DNA of 64,000 nt, taken from contig OZ024756.1 of assembly GCA_964016885.1 (NCBI GenBank), forward strand, positions 13,392,001-13,456,000. Reading direction: 5' to 3'. Below are positions 1 to 15,334 of this stretch, one piece after another. The notes under the pieces are model-generated. The model had not been told where the DNA came from, searched no databases, and saw only the letters and a list, made by a program, of their open reading frames with translations. Position 1 is the stretch's first letter, and each line of letters opens with the position of its first letter. The DNA comes from Eledone cirrhosa. Lineage: Eukaryota. A program made the position numbers and the translations under genes.

Positions 1-595
1 TTTCCATCCTTTTCTGCCACGCTTGCATGCACTCCTGGAAGGATTCTTCCGGGATCCTCCGCAGTTCCGTCGTCACAGCCTTTTTGATGTCGTCCACGTC
101 TTCAAAACGGGTCCCCTCCGGGTCGTACTCGAAGATCCATGACTCATCACTGGTGATGACTGTCCCTAGCAAGTCTGGTTCAGTTTCAAGACGCTCGAGG
201 ATGTCCTGGCACACTTGCATGCCTCAACCCTTCTGGTCATCGATCAGCAGTTTTGGCACCATCTTCGCGCAGACTTTCCGCATGTCCAAATCTTCAGTGA
301 GAATCTTCCAGACGCTGTCCCGATTCATGCCCAGCTCATTTGCCATCAGTCGAACAATCATCCGACGATCGCTATGCACCATCTGCCTGACGCGCTCAAC
401 GTTGACCTCAGTCCTGGTTGTTGAGGGCCTTCCGCTCCTGGGGTCATCTTCCACGTCCTCGCGTCCTTCTTTAAACCTCTTGCACTACTCAAAAACACAT
501 GAGCGTGACATCGTCTCATCTCCATACACTTGTTGCAGCAATCCCAGTGCTTCTGACGGAGTTTTCAAGTTTGTTCGTTGCTCTGTGCTCATTGC
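1..595 (-). mobile_element. Mariner transposase remnant, internally deleted
   Basis: Minus-strand translation gives mariner N-terminus and HTH (EQRTNLK..LQQVYGDETMSRSCVFE; EDDPRSGRPST..DRRM..RKVCAKMVPKLL) and the first catalytic motif VITSDESWIFEYDP, joined directly to the C-terminal EGTRFEDVDDIKKAV..WQKRME. Stops and frameshifts present. Confidence 0.85.
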
Positions 596-699
596 TTGAC
601 GACCTGAAACAGAGGACATGTATATAAAATTATGAAGAAAAAAGTTTGATCGCTGCAGAGAGCTAAGATTACAGTTACATACTCCAGGGGGATTACTTC

Positions 700-1010
700 T
701 GAGGTCCGATCTGAGGTCCGCTCTCACCATGTTTATCGTGTTCTTCCTCTACTGTGTCTTCCTTCCACTGGCATTTCTTGGCACTTCTTTACCCAGCGGT
801 CATCCTCTATATACATGACATGTCCATACCATCTCAGCCTTCTCTCCTGCACACCACAACTTATTCCTCTTATACCCACTTTCTTTCTCAACTCATCCAT
901 GTTTGGTCATTCACGTACATTGACATTCCACATCCAATGGAGCATGCTTGCTTCTTTTCTCTCCAGCCGTCACATATCCTCTGTAGTTGCAGCCCATGTC
1001 TCACTACCAT
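700..1010 (-). mobile_element. RTE LINE 3' fragment
   Basis: Reverse complement resembles the C-terminal part of the RTE at 22260-22590 ([26 protein letters not shown]). Confidence 0.8.
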
Positions 1011-1310
1011 GCACGGCCTACCTGCAGCTATCTGGTCGATCCAGGGCTTTACTACCTCGCTCAGAACGTGGATGTAGCCATCGGTGTTCAACTTAAGGCC
1101 CTCAGAGAAGAAGTGAGGTGGCATGACGTCACCCTGACTGCTGAAGACACCTAAGACTAATGTTGTCGCTGGAAACTTTGTCTGCATGACTCTGGGCACG
1201 TCTTTGGATGAGACACCATTCTCCTGCTGACGCTGAGAAAGTCTCAAATTTCCATATTCGTCCTCCCGGCGCGGATTCCAAGAAGAACTCCGTGTCTCTT
1301 CCACAAATTT
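1011..1310 (-). mobile_element. Tc1/mariner-superfamily transposase DDE-region fragment (maT/DD37D-like)
   Basis: ORF 888..1304 contains VPRVMQTKFPATTLVLGVFSSQGDVMPPHFFSEGLKLNTDGYIHVLSEVVKPWI, typical of this transposase group. It is fused to the RTE fragment near 1010. Confidence 0.7.
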
Positions 1311-1485
1311 GCAGGTTCAAAATTATTCATAATCTATTATTCTGAAAATAAATAATGGAAATATAGTCACTGTTTTTATGAAGACAAGAGTGACAACGGA
1401 AGTAAAAAGAATTTGCATAAAATTAGCAGTTGAAAATTGCGAACAAATATCGTCCGCACCCTATATATATATATATATATATATA

Positions 1486-2706
1486 CAAAGAAAACAAGGC
1501 GGCGGTCCCTTCTGGGAAATGGTTGTGCTCGGTGTGTAGGAAAGGCGTAGGTAGAAACTCCATTTTATGTCCTAAATGCAAAGTATGGGTGCATAAAAGA
1601 TGTAGTGGGATCACAGGTAAGCTAACTAAGAACATAGATTTTACATGTGGCCGGTGCTCTGGTGCAATAAGTAGCAGCAAGTGCCCACAAACTACTAGCT
1701 CTTTCAATTGCGCAGAGGGTTCTATAGAAATAGTGGACAGCTTCCGTTACCTGGGCGATAAAATCAGCAGTGGGGGAGGGTGCTCTGAAAGTACTGTAGC
1801 TAGAGTCAGAACTGGTTGGAAAAAGTTCAGAGAGCTTATACCACTATTAGCTGCTAAAGGGTTCTCACTAAAAATGAAAGGCAGGTTGTACGATGCCTGC
1901 ATACGAACAGCAATGCTGCATGGCAGTGAGACCTGGGCATTGTGTGCAGAGGATATACGCAGACTAGAGAGGAACGAAGCTTGCATGCTCCGCTGGATGT
2001 GTAACAGTAATATACGTGAACGGCAAAGCATAAACGAACTAAGGAAAAAATTAGAGATAAGAGGGATCAGATGTTGTTTACTCGAGAGAAGGCTACGTTG
2101 GTATGGACACGTGATGCGCATGAAAGTCGATAGCTGTATAACAAAGTGCAGGGCAATAAAGATAGACGGTAGTCACGGAATAGGCAGACCTAGAAAAACC
2201 TGGGACGAGCTGATAAACTCCGACATCACACACTTACACCTCTCCAAGACAATGTCACTGGACCGAGACCTTTGGCGGTACTCAGTAACAGAGAAGACCC
2301 GCCTTACCTAAATATATAGTAAAACCTACTCCAGCCAGTAGGCATCTCTAACAAAATACACCCGTCCCACCACCACCACCCCCACCCGATCCACACCACC
2401 CCGTTCTATGTAAAGTTATGTTGGTGCCGCGCCATCGAGGCCGAAACAAATGAGATCGTGTAGGTGTCACGACAAAAAAACACACAGTCCACGCTGTAAT
2501 GTGGCCGTGTAGGCAACACGGTAAAAACCTCCCAGCCCCACACTGTAAATGTGGTTGGTGTTAGGAAGGGCATCCAACTGTAGAAAACCTGCCAGACAGT
2601 CCTATGCGAGCAAGACAATCACTCTTGCCTCAAATGGGACTACCCCCGTCCAAACCCATGCAAGCGTGGAACACGGACGTTAAACGTTGATGATGATGAT
2701 GATGAT
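1486..2706 (+). mobile_element. 5'-truncated RTE LINE with PHD finger, RT C-terminus/thumb, 3' UTR and (GAT)n tail
   Basis: ORF to 2311 shows C4HC3, [22 protein letters not shown] and GRPRKTW. It begins at a (TA)n tract and ends ggacgttaaacg..(gat)n. Confidence 0.9.
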
Positions 2707-2722
2707 ACATATATATATATAC

Positions 2723-2755
<33 letters not shown>

Positions 2756-2756
<1 letters not shown>

Positions 2757-3010
2757 CATCACATCATCATCACCGTTCTACGTCCGTTCTTCCACGCTAG
2801 CATGGGTTAGACGGGTTGTCCTGTTGTGGGCAGTGTCTGGTCGGCTGACTATGCCTTGCTCATACAGGAACTGATTTGGCTTGATTTCTACAGGTGGATG
2901 CTCTTCCTAACACCAACCTCATTTACAGTGAGTGCTTTTTCATGGTGCCTACACGTCCACTTTACAGTGTGGGCTGGGTGCTTTTTTGCCGTGGCACCTC
3001 CACGACCACC
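2756..3010 (-). mobile_element. RTE-tail-related short element, tail-to-tail with the preceding copy
   Basis: Reverse complement cccgtctaacccatgctagcgtggaagaacggacgtagaacggtgatgatg parallels 2645-2706. It also shares ggtgttaggaag.gcatcca.ctgtagaaa. Confidence 0.7.
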
Positions 3011-3389
3011 TTGTGTGTGTATATGTATGTGTATATATGTGTATGCTTATATGTGTGTGTGTATATATATGTATATATGTGTGCGTGTGTGTGTATGTAT
3101 ATATATATATATATATATCTACTGGTAACATGTATCCCAGTACAACCTGTCTCATGGTCGGGTCGTTGGCGACTAAACTGGCAACCCCACCAAGGTTTCT
3201 TGGTGAGGAGGGTGACTTTAGACATCCTGCAGGACTAAAAACAAAACCTGTCAAAGGGCAAAGGAGCTCTTAAGAGTCAATGGCCATCCAAAATCACCGG
3301 GAGAGATGACCCCTTAGCCTTTGTCAAGGCAGAATTCTAGGAGAAGGAAAACTCTGATATAACACCTGCAACTCTGATGGTATCCAATG

Positions 3390-3697
3390 ATGTTGACTTG
3401 TTCTTCTTTTTGGTAAATATCATCTTGGTTAAGAGAGTGGGACTGGTTTTGTGCAGTGCCTTTGCTCACTATAAAAGCTTCACGGCACAGGCATTGCTTT
3501 ATGTCTGGAGATCTCTCTGCACTTGTCGTCACATGGTACCATGGGCCCAGCACTGTGTGTCAAAAATTGTCACAAGTGTAGTGTTTGTACCAGAGTTTTC
3601 AAGTCGCTGGCTGGACTAAAAAGTCACACTCGTTCAGCGCATCAGCAGGGGTTCTCCTACATGGATATGAAGTAGTGGCCGTACTCGAAAACGAGTT
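3390..3697. repeat. Dispersed ~300-bp repeat; second copy at 50798-51087
   Basis: Near-identical sequence from tgttgacttgttcttctttt to gtggccgtactcgaaaacgagtt at both loci. Confidence 0.85.
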
Positions 3698-3716
3698 GGC
3701 AGCCACCATATATATG

Positions 3717-3759
<43 letters not shown>

Positions 3760-3859
3760 ATATATATATGTGTGTGTGTGTATATATATGTATATATATA
3801 TATGTATATATATGTATTTATTTATTTTTATATATATATATGTATATATATGTATTTAT

Positions 3860-3900
<41 letters not shown>

Positions 3901-4438
3901 TGTATGTGTATGTGGGTGTGTCTATGGGTGCGCGAGAGTGTATGAGTGAGTGTGTTTTGTGAATGTGTCTGTTGATTTTGGCATATAGTTGAATAGTTTA
4001 AGAGAAATTTGAGGACAATGGTAAGATTTGCATTCAATATTTTGAATTTGTCTACAGAATTCTCTAAACCTTGTCACTTAGTAAAGAATTTAGCTTTTAA
4101 AGAATCTACCATGACTGACCCCCACTGATTTTATAGACACCTGTTAGTTCAATAAGGATTGGCATGCCATCCTGAACCTGTTTATAGAATTCTTCTGCCT
4201 TTGTTACTCTAAAAATAAAAATAAACTATAGCTTTGTAGAATTAGCTTCTAATGAATTCTGTCAACCAATGACCTACACCCATCCCACTCCCCACCCTCT
4301 CCTACCACTTGTAGAGACCTATATATACCATAATTATTTTTTGATACCCAGATTCCTGATGATTTCTGAAGAATGAAACAGTTCTAGTCCTGTAGAATCT
4401 CATCTATATTAAAACTGTATATATATATGTATATGTAT

Positions 4439-4472
<34 letters not shown>

Positions 4473-4549
4473 GTATATGTATATATATATATATGTATAT
4501 ATATATATGTATATATATATATATGTATATATATATATACATATATATG

Positions 4550-4601
<52 letters not shown>

Positions 4602-4809
4602 GTATTAAGGGTACTATTTATGGTTATGTATGCAATAAAACCTTTAATGGTAATATATTATATATACACAAACCCTAAACAGTGAGAGATAGTCATTAAT
4701 TACTATCCTATTACCAGTAAGATAAATAGCTCAATGTAATAACATCAGTTGTTTTACAGAGCAGTTATATAGAGATTACAGTAATCAAAGTTCAGTTTAA
4801 GTCATTTAT

Positions 4810-4858
4810 TTGCTTACAATTGTTTCCTCCAAACCGAGGTTTGGATTCTTCGGAGCAA
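4810..4858 (-). ncRNA. Minimal type-I hammerhead ribozyme motif (U4C variant core)
   Basis: Minus strand: ttgct CCGAAGA a-tccaaacc-tc-ggtttgga-g GAAA caattg TA agcaa. Stem I ttgct/agcaa, 8-bp stem II, palindromic stem III, GUA site. Confidence 0.6.
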
Positions 4859-6184
4859 CTATTTATAACATCCTTGACCTCCTTTTCAACCCAAGAGACA
4901 CATACAACATATGCGCATATTGATCAACAGTGGGTGACATTCATCAAATGATATAGCATGGCAATTTACATATAAAGGTTACAGGATAAAAAATAAAATA
5001 AAAACAAGAGTGAAAATAAAGATAAACATGAAGCGTTGGCAGTCTATGAAGATAAAGCAAGAGAAAAGCTTAGAGTAGTCAGTGTATGAAACAATCTCCC
5101 GTGTAGCATGCACGCGTGTCTTATCTATACATGATTAGAGTGCGTCAGAATGATATTTGCAGGGTCAGGCAGTTGAAGCAGGCAATCGATCTTATTATAT
5201 AGGCTGAATTATTAAGTCATTTATTCTCATACATCTGTATGATATACAGTCTCGGATGCGGGGAAACTCCAAAATATCAAAAACCTTCAACATACTATAA
5301 ACCTTATTGTATCGTAGGCAAGGCCGTACCACTGTCCTTGCTCACACCACCACTCACATAATCCATGAGACGCAATATATATAGAGAACACGCGTCTATT
5401 GTATAATTCGCAGTGGTTCAGCATATAGTCAAGCTATAAACCGTATCCAGTCGGTTCTTAATTAATATATCATGCTGTCCAGATTCCGGAAGTGCCTGAA
5501 TGACTAAGGGGAATTAATGCATAAGGGGAGGTAACTAGCTAGTTATCTTAGTTACATTACTATGCTAAACTACATTAATGGTGATTCAAATACGTGCCTA
5601 TCATGTGAAGTTATAACTAATATCTAGAGTATGTTACCCATTTATAGGTTAGAGAGTTGTCCATTAAGAAGTACAAGGGTGTATATATTAGGATGATTAC
5701 CATCCATTAATTAAGGGGTGTCATATCTGAACGTTCTATAAGAGGAGTCAGACTCTCAAGTCACTGCTCCATACAAATGTAATATAACAGTAGGACCTGG
5801 TATGGTCCCACTATTATATATGCCACCCGGTAGGCTCCGGGTCATTGCATGCCTGCATCTCTAGTAAATCTTCGGTATGGTCCGGAGATCCAATCTCTCA
5901 TATAAATGCACTAGTCTGGCCATCAAGCAATAGACAACCCCCGTCTCAAATATAAATCAATTATGTATCACATCTCCAAGCTAGAGTGGAGTCTATTAAT
6001 AGGTACTAAAGGAGTTCACATCAAGATGATTACGTGCATAATTCATTGGACTGATCGCTTACAGTATATAATCACTTAACAATACGATTATCTATCTAAT
6101 CATCAATCTATCTCTTGGTGGTAATCCATGCACAGGACTATGCTATCGCAACCAGTACCGTGTCCCCAATTTATACTAATCTTA

Positions 6185-7115
<931 letters not shown>

Positions 7116-7116
7116 A

Positions 7117-8364
<1,248 letters not shown>

Positions 8365-8611
8365 ATATATATATATGTATGTATATATATATATATGTAT
8401 GTATATATATATATATGTATGTATATATATATATATGTATGTATATATATATATATGTATGTATATATATATATATATATGCATATATATATATATATGC
8501 ATATATATATATGTATATATATATAGATGTATATATATATGTATATGTACATATATATGTATATATATATAGATGTATATATATATGTATATGTATATGT
8601 ATATGTATATA

Positions 8612-8860
<249 letters not shown>

Positions 8861-9040
8861 TTCCAGCTCTGCACACCTAACCTCTGCATGAACCCAGCCA
8901 CCTAGCTGCTTTCTACTGCATATTGCACATTGAGCACATGCCTTTACGCTTTGGCCTCTAACTAACTTACCAATCTTTCCTCTCATATCTCCTCTACTAT
9001 CTCAATCTCTCTCTTTAAGATTGGTTACTCTTGAACTGAG

Positions 9041-9134
<94 letters not shown>

Positions 9135-9137
<3 letters not shown>

Positions 9138-9297
9138 ATTTAAAACTGCACTATCAACAAGTGTTTTTTTAGCCTTCATATCATGTTCTCCTGTTTTATC
9201 TGATGAAAACACAAATATTATTGTTTGATGATGTTTGTTTTTGAAATGCGCATAATAAAATATATTGAACTCCTTTAACCATCTTTTGATCTTATAT

Positions 9298-9300
<3 letters not shown>
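9135..9300 (-). repeat. Dispersed ~165-bp TA-flanked repeat; copies at 11672-11836 (+) and fold-back copy at 60895-61111
   Basis: Shared taatataagatcaaaagatggttaaa.gagttc.at.tattttattatgcgcatttcaaaaacaaa. Confidence 0.85.
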
Positions 9301-9371
<71 letters not shown>

Positions 9372-9403
9372 TATATGTATATGTACATATATATGTATAT
9401 GTA

Positions 9404-9479
<76 letters not shown>

Positions 9480-11075
9480 TATTGAAGTTTCCGTTGAAAA
9501 TTGAAAAAAGTCATAGGAGTGAAGAGTGCTTTATGTAAGTACCAGAGCAAAATTTAATGTATAATAAACAATACAATATAATTACCTCATTACCAGAAGT
9601 TTCCCGAATAAGGCGAATACGAAAAACGTCCCCATTCGTTCGTCGGACAAGGCAATTTAAAACAGTGAAATATTTGGAAAGTCTCCTCAAGAATTGCAAA
9701 AAATATATAAATAAAAGTAATGAAAGAGATATATAAAAAAATATAAGGAAATATAGTTAGGGTATGTGTATATGTATGTATATACACTCACAAATGTACA
9801 TATGTGTGTATGTACAAATGCATGTGTATGGTGAAAATGTGTGCGTAAGTACATATATGAGGGCAAGTATATTTGTGTATATGTGACCACAAATACGTAT
9901 ATAATATGAGTTGAAAAAGAAAATGTATGATAATATAGTTGACACGCATCCAGATACAGGTATTAAATACACATACGAGTATGAAAGCACGCGTATAAAC
10001 ACACATACACGCGCGGTCACTTATATGCGGAAGATAAAGAGGGAAGGGAGTGTAATAGTAAAAAGAAGTGTCATTCTCGATATATGTATAAAAATGAAAT
10101 AATATATGAGAATGAAAAATTTTTAAATCAAAGAGAAAGTAATCAATTAACACTAGAGAAAAGAAAACAAACATAGGTACGCACGTACATACACATATAT
10201 ATATATAAATATATTTATGCACACAAATACGTACAGACAAAAGCGCATGCATGCGTACATTCATACACAAGAGGCACGTATATATATATATATATATCGC
10301 CCCATGTATATCTAATCACACGTACGTACGCGACTATATATATATACACATATACATACACACCCATACATACATATACATATATACACATATACATACA
10401 CATACACACACATTCACCCGCATACACACACACGTAAAAATAAGAATGTAAAAAACAGACATAAAAAAACATATAAAAAATCTAGATATAAAAACACACA
10501 TACACATATATATATATACGTACGCACGCACACATACTGAGGCGTTCGTATACATATACAGAACGTATGCACACATAAGCACACTCATACACATAGATAC
10601 AGATTATAAATCAGCCATATGAATAAATGAGTACACATATAAAATCGGCTGCGAAACAACAGAATATATCTGGAGTGGAAAACGCAAGTGACATGTGGTA
10701 TCAGGTAGTGAAAGAAAATGGGGAACTAAAATGTGGAATGTGAAGATAATAGGTAAGTGAATCGAAAAGTAGGGGTGGGGTGGGGTTTACTGGTGGATGT
10801 GAAGTAAAAATAAAAATAAAATTAAAAATAAAGTTAAAAATGAAAGTAAATCAGAATGAGAAATCTGTAAAGAGGATAATTTAAGGAAAGTGAAGAATAA
10901 GAGTTTATGGAGGATAAGTATCTGAAAGTGAGTTAAGTTTATATGAGCTGGAAAGCAAGTGTGATTTCATGTGTGGGCAACTGCTGAAAATTTCTGTTTT
11001 TGTATTTAGGCAGGTTTTTGGTGATTTAAGGTTCTGTAAAATCCAATATTTTTCACTTATACATATATATATATA

Positions 11076-11158
<83 letters not shown>

Positions 11159-11235
11159 TATATATAGAGTTAGAAACTCAAATAGTCTTTTACAATTAAA
11201 TAGCTCAAAGAAAGGAATATTTCTGAGCCGTGTAA

Positions 11236-11648
11236 TACAAATGAATATATGATAGGGATAAACACTGATACGAGTATACATGTGTTTGTATTGCAAATGA
11301 CCAAGTTAGCTAGATTGAAAAATACTAATTAAAATAATACAGTTTGCCTGTCTCGATTTAAAATAATAAATCAATAAAAACAAATCTATATTGGCAAAAG
11401 CCTTGATACCTGGACAAATTTAAATTTTAAACTTCAAATTTGTTTCGCAACGATTAAGTGAAAGTTCCTATTTCTGTGCTCTTTTGCAGGTATCCAGAAA
11501 TTGGTAAGTTTCACTTCAAAATACTAATGGAGACTGGGAGAGATGTGTTTTTTAAATCACATGTGTCACAATCTAGCTAACTTGGTCATTTGCAATACGA
11601 ACACATGTATACTTGTATCAGTGTTTATCCCTATCATATATTCATTTG

Positions 11649-11650
<2 letters not shown>
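11236..11650. repeat. ~80-bp inverted repeats (11236-11317 / 11569-11650) around a ~250-bp spacer
   Basis: tacaaatgaatatatgatagggataaacactgatac..gttagctagattg versus its reverse complement, which ends in (TA)n. Confidence 0.85.
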
Positions 11651-11679
<29 letters not shown>

Positions 11680-11868
11680 AGATCAAAAGATGGTTAAAAG
11701 AGTTCCATGTATTTTATTATGCGCATTTCAAAAACAAATATCATCATGCAATAACATTTGTGTTTTCATCAGATAAAATAGGAAGACATGATATGAAGGT
11801 TAAAAAACACTTGTGGATAGTGCAGTTTTAAATCAATATCTTATCCGATATCCGCATTGCTTTATTGT

Positions 11869-11974
<106 letters not shown>

Positions 11975-12629
11975 TGTGTGTATATGTGTGTGTGTGTATA
12001 TATATATGTGTGTGTGTGTGTATATATATATGTGTGTGTGTGTGTATATATATATATGTGTGTGTGTGTGTGTATATATGTGTGTGTGTGTATATATATG
12101 TGTGTGTGTATATATATATGTGTGTGTGTGTGTGTGTATATGTGTATATATATGTGTGTGTTGGTATATATTTGTGTGTGTGTGCGTAACACACACACAC
12201 ACATATATATATATATGTGTGTGTATATGTGTATATATATGTGTGTATGTGTGTGTGTGTGCGTAAAGGGTGGGTAACTGACGACAACCTTGTTTCTGAC
12301 CCTGGTCGTTATCAAGTCAGTGCTCCCTTACCCTGCTCTCTGCTGGCATTCAATATAGACTAAAACATATAGTTTAGACACCTATGTACTTGGGCTGATT
12401 AGCCTCATTTACATATAGAGTTATCGGCTCTAACATAGCCGTATACATATAAATATGTGTATATTGTATATCTAGCGATATATGGTTAGTTTAAAAATAA
12501 ACATTTTGAAAGCTTTCGATAGCTACTGCACACATTCTTTTCAACCTCATTGTAGAATTAAAACTGATATTTATCTTTTTTTTTGCATCTATATTTCAAT
12601 TTCTCTTTCTATATTTCCTTCATTTCTTT

Positions 12630-13135
12630 TTTATTTTCTACCGTATTCCTATACTTTCTACCATATCCCTATTCTTTCTACCATATCCCTATACTTCCCA
12701 CCATATCCCCATACTTTCTACCATGTCCCTATACTTCCCACCATATCACTATACTTTCTACCATATCCCTATACTTTCTACCATATCCATATACTTCACC
12801 CCATATCCATATACTTCCCACCATATCCCTATACTTTCTACCATGTCCTTATACTTCCCACCATATCACTATACTTTCTACCATATCCCTATACTTTCTA
12901 CCATATCCATATACTTCACCCCATATCCATATACTTCCCACCATATCTCTATACTTTCCACCATATCCCCATACTTTCTACCATGTCCTTATACTTCCTA
13001 CCATATCCCTATACTTTCTACCATATCCCTATACTTTCTACCATATCCATATACTTCGCCGCATATCCCTATACTTCCCACCATATCCCTATACTTTCTA
13101 CCATGTCCCTATACTTTCTACCTCATTCCTATATT
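12630..13135. repeat. 20-bp minisatellite (ccatatccctatactttcta)n
   Basis: Direct tandem array with minor variants. Confidence 0.95.
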
Positions 13136-13607
13136 TTCACTGACATTTCTAACTCTCAGTTCCTCATTCTTTTTATTTCCTTTCTCTTTGCAGTGTTGAT
13201 ATAAACTGTTCTGAACTAAAAGATATTGATTTTTGCCAATGGAAAGATGTAGAATCTGTAGAATGGACTGAGTGGAGGGACAACGGTTGTATGTTTGGTT
13301 TCAGCATAGCGTATAGATATTGCCTCAGCAATGACAAGGCTGCATGTGTATGCTCCGGTGAACCTGTTAGACTAGATACGTGTCCCGGGAGCCTAATAGT
13401 TATGTCGCCAGACTTTTATAAAATATTTGCGCAGCTTATATATGAGTATCAGATGGCTGGTACTTATAATGGCATTGAATCAATCAAAAAGGCGATAATA
13501 TTAGCCAGCGGTTAAATCTGTTACACAGTTACAGCTCGTTCACAATTGGAAAATCTATAATAATGGGGTTATTCAGGTTCTTAACATTAAATGTATTATT
13601 CTGAGAA

Positions 13608-13692
<85 letters not shown>

Positions 13693-13698
13693 CGCACG

Positions 13699-13743
<45 letters not shown>

Positions 13744-13788
13744 TTTATCGAGCCCTCTTCAGATTTTGGTCTTCGTGTATTATATATC

Positions 13789-13867
<79 letters not shown>

Positions 13868-13910
13868 GTGTGTGTATGTATATATATATATATATATATA
13901 TCTGTGTGTG

Positions 13911-13951
<41 letters not shown>

Positions 13952-14040
13952 GTGTATGTATGTATATATATATATATATATATATGGAGCCTGAGTTTGG
14001 CTGAAAGAAATTTGAATTTATCCTATTTTATTTATCTATA

Positions 14041-14139
<99 letters not shown>

Positions 14140-14154
14140 GAGAGAGAGAGAGAG

Positions 14155-14435
14155 GGAAATCACAAAACAAGATGGTGTAGGACAGAATAAAGGAGAGACA
14201 CAATATAACAAATTAGTCACTGAGGAGGTCACATAATCTTTGACGAAAGAGCTTTGACAACAAATAAACAACCACCCTGTTATTAAACCAACCAACTGGA
14301 AATTTATAATAAATTGAAGTGATACAACAGGTGCGTGTGTTTTATTGGCAACATGACCCTACCAAAGTATAACAATATCTGTTTGAACACACGTTTTCAG
14401 ATAAGAAATCTTGTAAAACAACTACAAAAACGAAG

Positions 14436-14440
<5 letters not shown>
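14155..14440 (+). mobile_element. Diverged pseudo-LTR/3' end of the Naiad-like PLE family
   Basis: Homologous to 28220-28530 (ggtgcgtgtgtt..ttattggcaacatgaccct.ccaaagtataacaatatc). Contains a hammerhead motif and ends in (TA)n. Confidence 0.8.
14216..14258 (+). ncRNA. Minimal hammerhead ribozyme motif
   Basis: gtca CTGAGGA g gtca-cataatctt-tgac GAAA gagc TT tgac. Confidence 0.65.
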
Positions 14441-14480
<40 letters not shown>

Positions 14481-14525
14481 AAATGAAGTAAATCCGTCGG
14501 AAAGGTACAGAAAAAAAGAGAATAT

Positions 14526-14596
<71 letters not shown>

Positions 14597-14816
14597 GTAG
14601 TGAAAGGGTGAAGAATAACATGTTCGGCTGTACAAAAAGGGTTTTATTTACGGTATTAACAATTGTTTCATTGATCAGGTGAGTCTAAAGGTTGCTAATC
14701 AGTCGAAGTTGCGTCACTCGACCTTAAATACAGTGTGTCTCTGATCAAATCGTCGGAATACACAACCTCTAACTGGATTACCTAAAACGATAACTTGCTA
14801 TCCCATATATATATAT

Positions 14817-14908
<92 letters not shown>

Positions 14909-15016
14909 AATTAGTATATCTACCAACATATGTATACAGATGCATACCTATGCTAGAAAATATATATGTTTTGTCTTAGTAACTTTGTGGTTCTATGCAA
15001 GGGGATGCAGAACAAT

Positions 15017-15116
15017 TATATGAAAGACGTAAATAAGAAAATTATGAAAATCGACTTACTAAAATTTTAGTAAGTAAGTCGATTTTCATAATTTTCTTAT
15101 TTACGTCTTTCATATA
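15017..15116. repeat. ~100-bp palindrome ending in (TA)n
   Basis: atgaaagacgtaaataagaaaattatgaaaatcgacttact / agtaagtcgattttcataattttcttatttacgtctttcat. Confidence 0.9.
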
Positions 15117-15142
15117 TATATATATATATATGAAAAAGTATG

Positions 15143-15287
15143 ACCCCGATGGCAGAGCTCAAGCCGTCGAAACGGCTTGAACTCTGCCGTCGGGGTCATA
15201 CTTTTTCCTATTTCCCACTCTACTACCCTAAGTATTGAGTACTCTGGTGCGTTATGGTCCATCTGGTTCCTTACCACAATTCCTTTG

Positions 15288-15290
<3 letters not shown>
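15143..15290. mobile_element. Short TA-inserted fold-back element family; copies at 24395-24600, 50188-50320, 51288-51510 and 61556-61642
   Basis: Shared core agccgtcgaaacggcttgagctcagccgtcggggtc..cccactctactacc.taagtattgagtact.tggtgcgttatggtcc..ctggttccttaccaca. Three copies carry a terminal inverted duplication. Confidence 0.8.

Positions 15291-15334
<44 letters not shown>

Noticed and set aside
27-599. 190-aa plus-strand ORF
   Set aside because: It is the antisense shadow of the mariner transposase.
12482-13204. Pro/Tyr/His-rich ORFs
   Set aside because: They are products of the 20-bp minisatellite, open in all three frames, and the unit length is not a multiple of three.
13741-13770. 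Possible hammerhead (minus-strand CTGAAGA gggctc GATA)
   Set aside because: GAAA is not conserved and the stems are inadequate.
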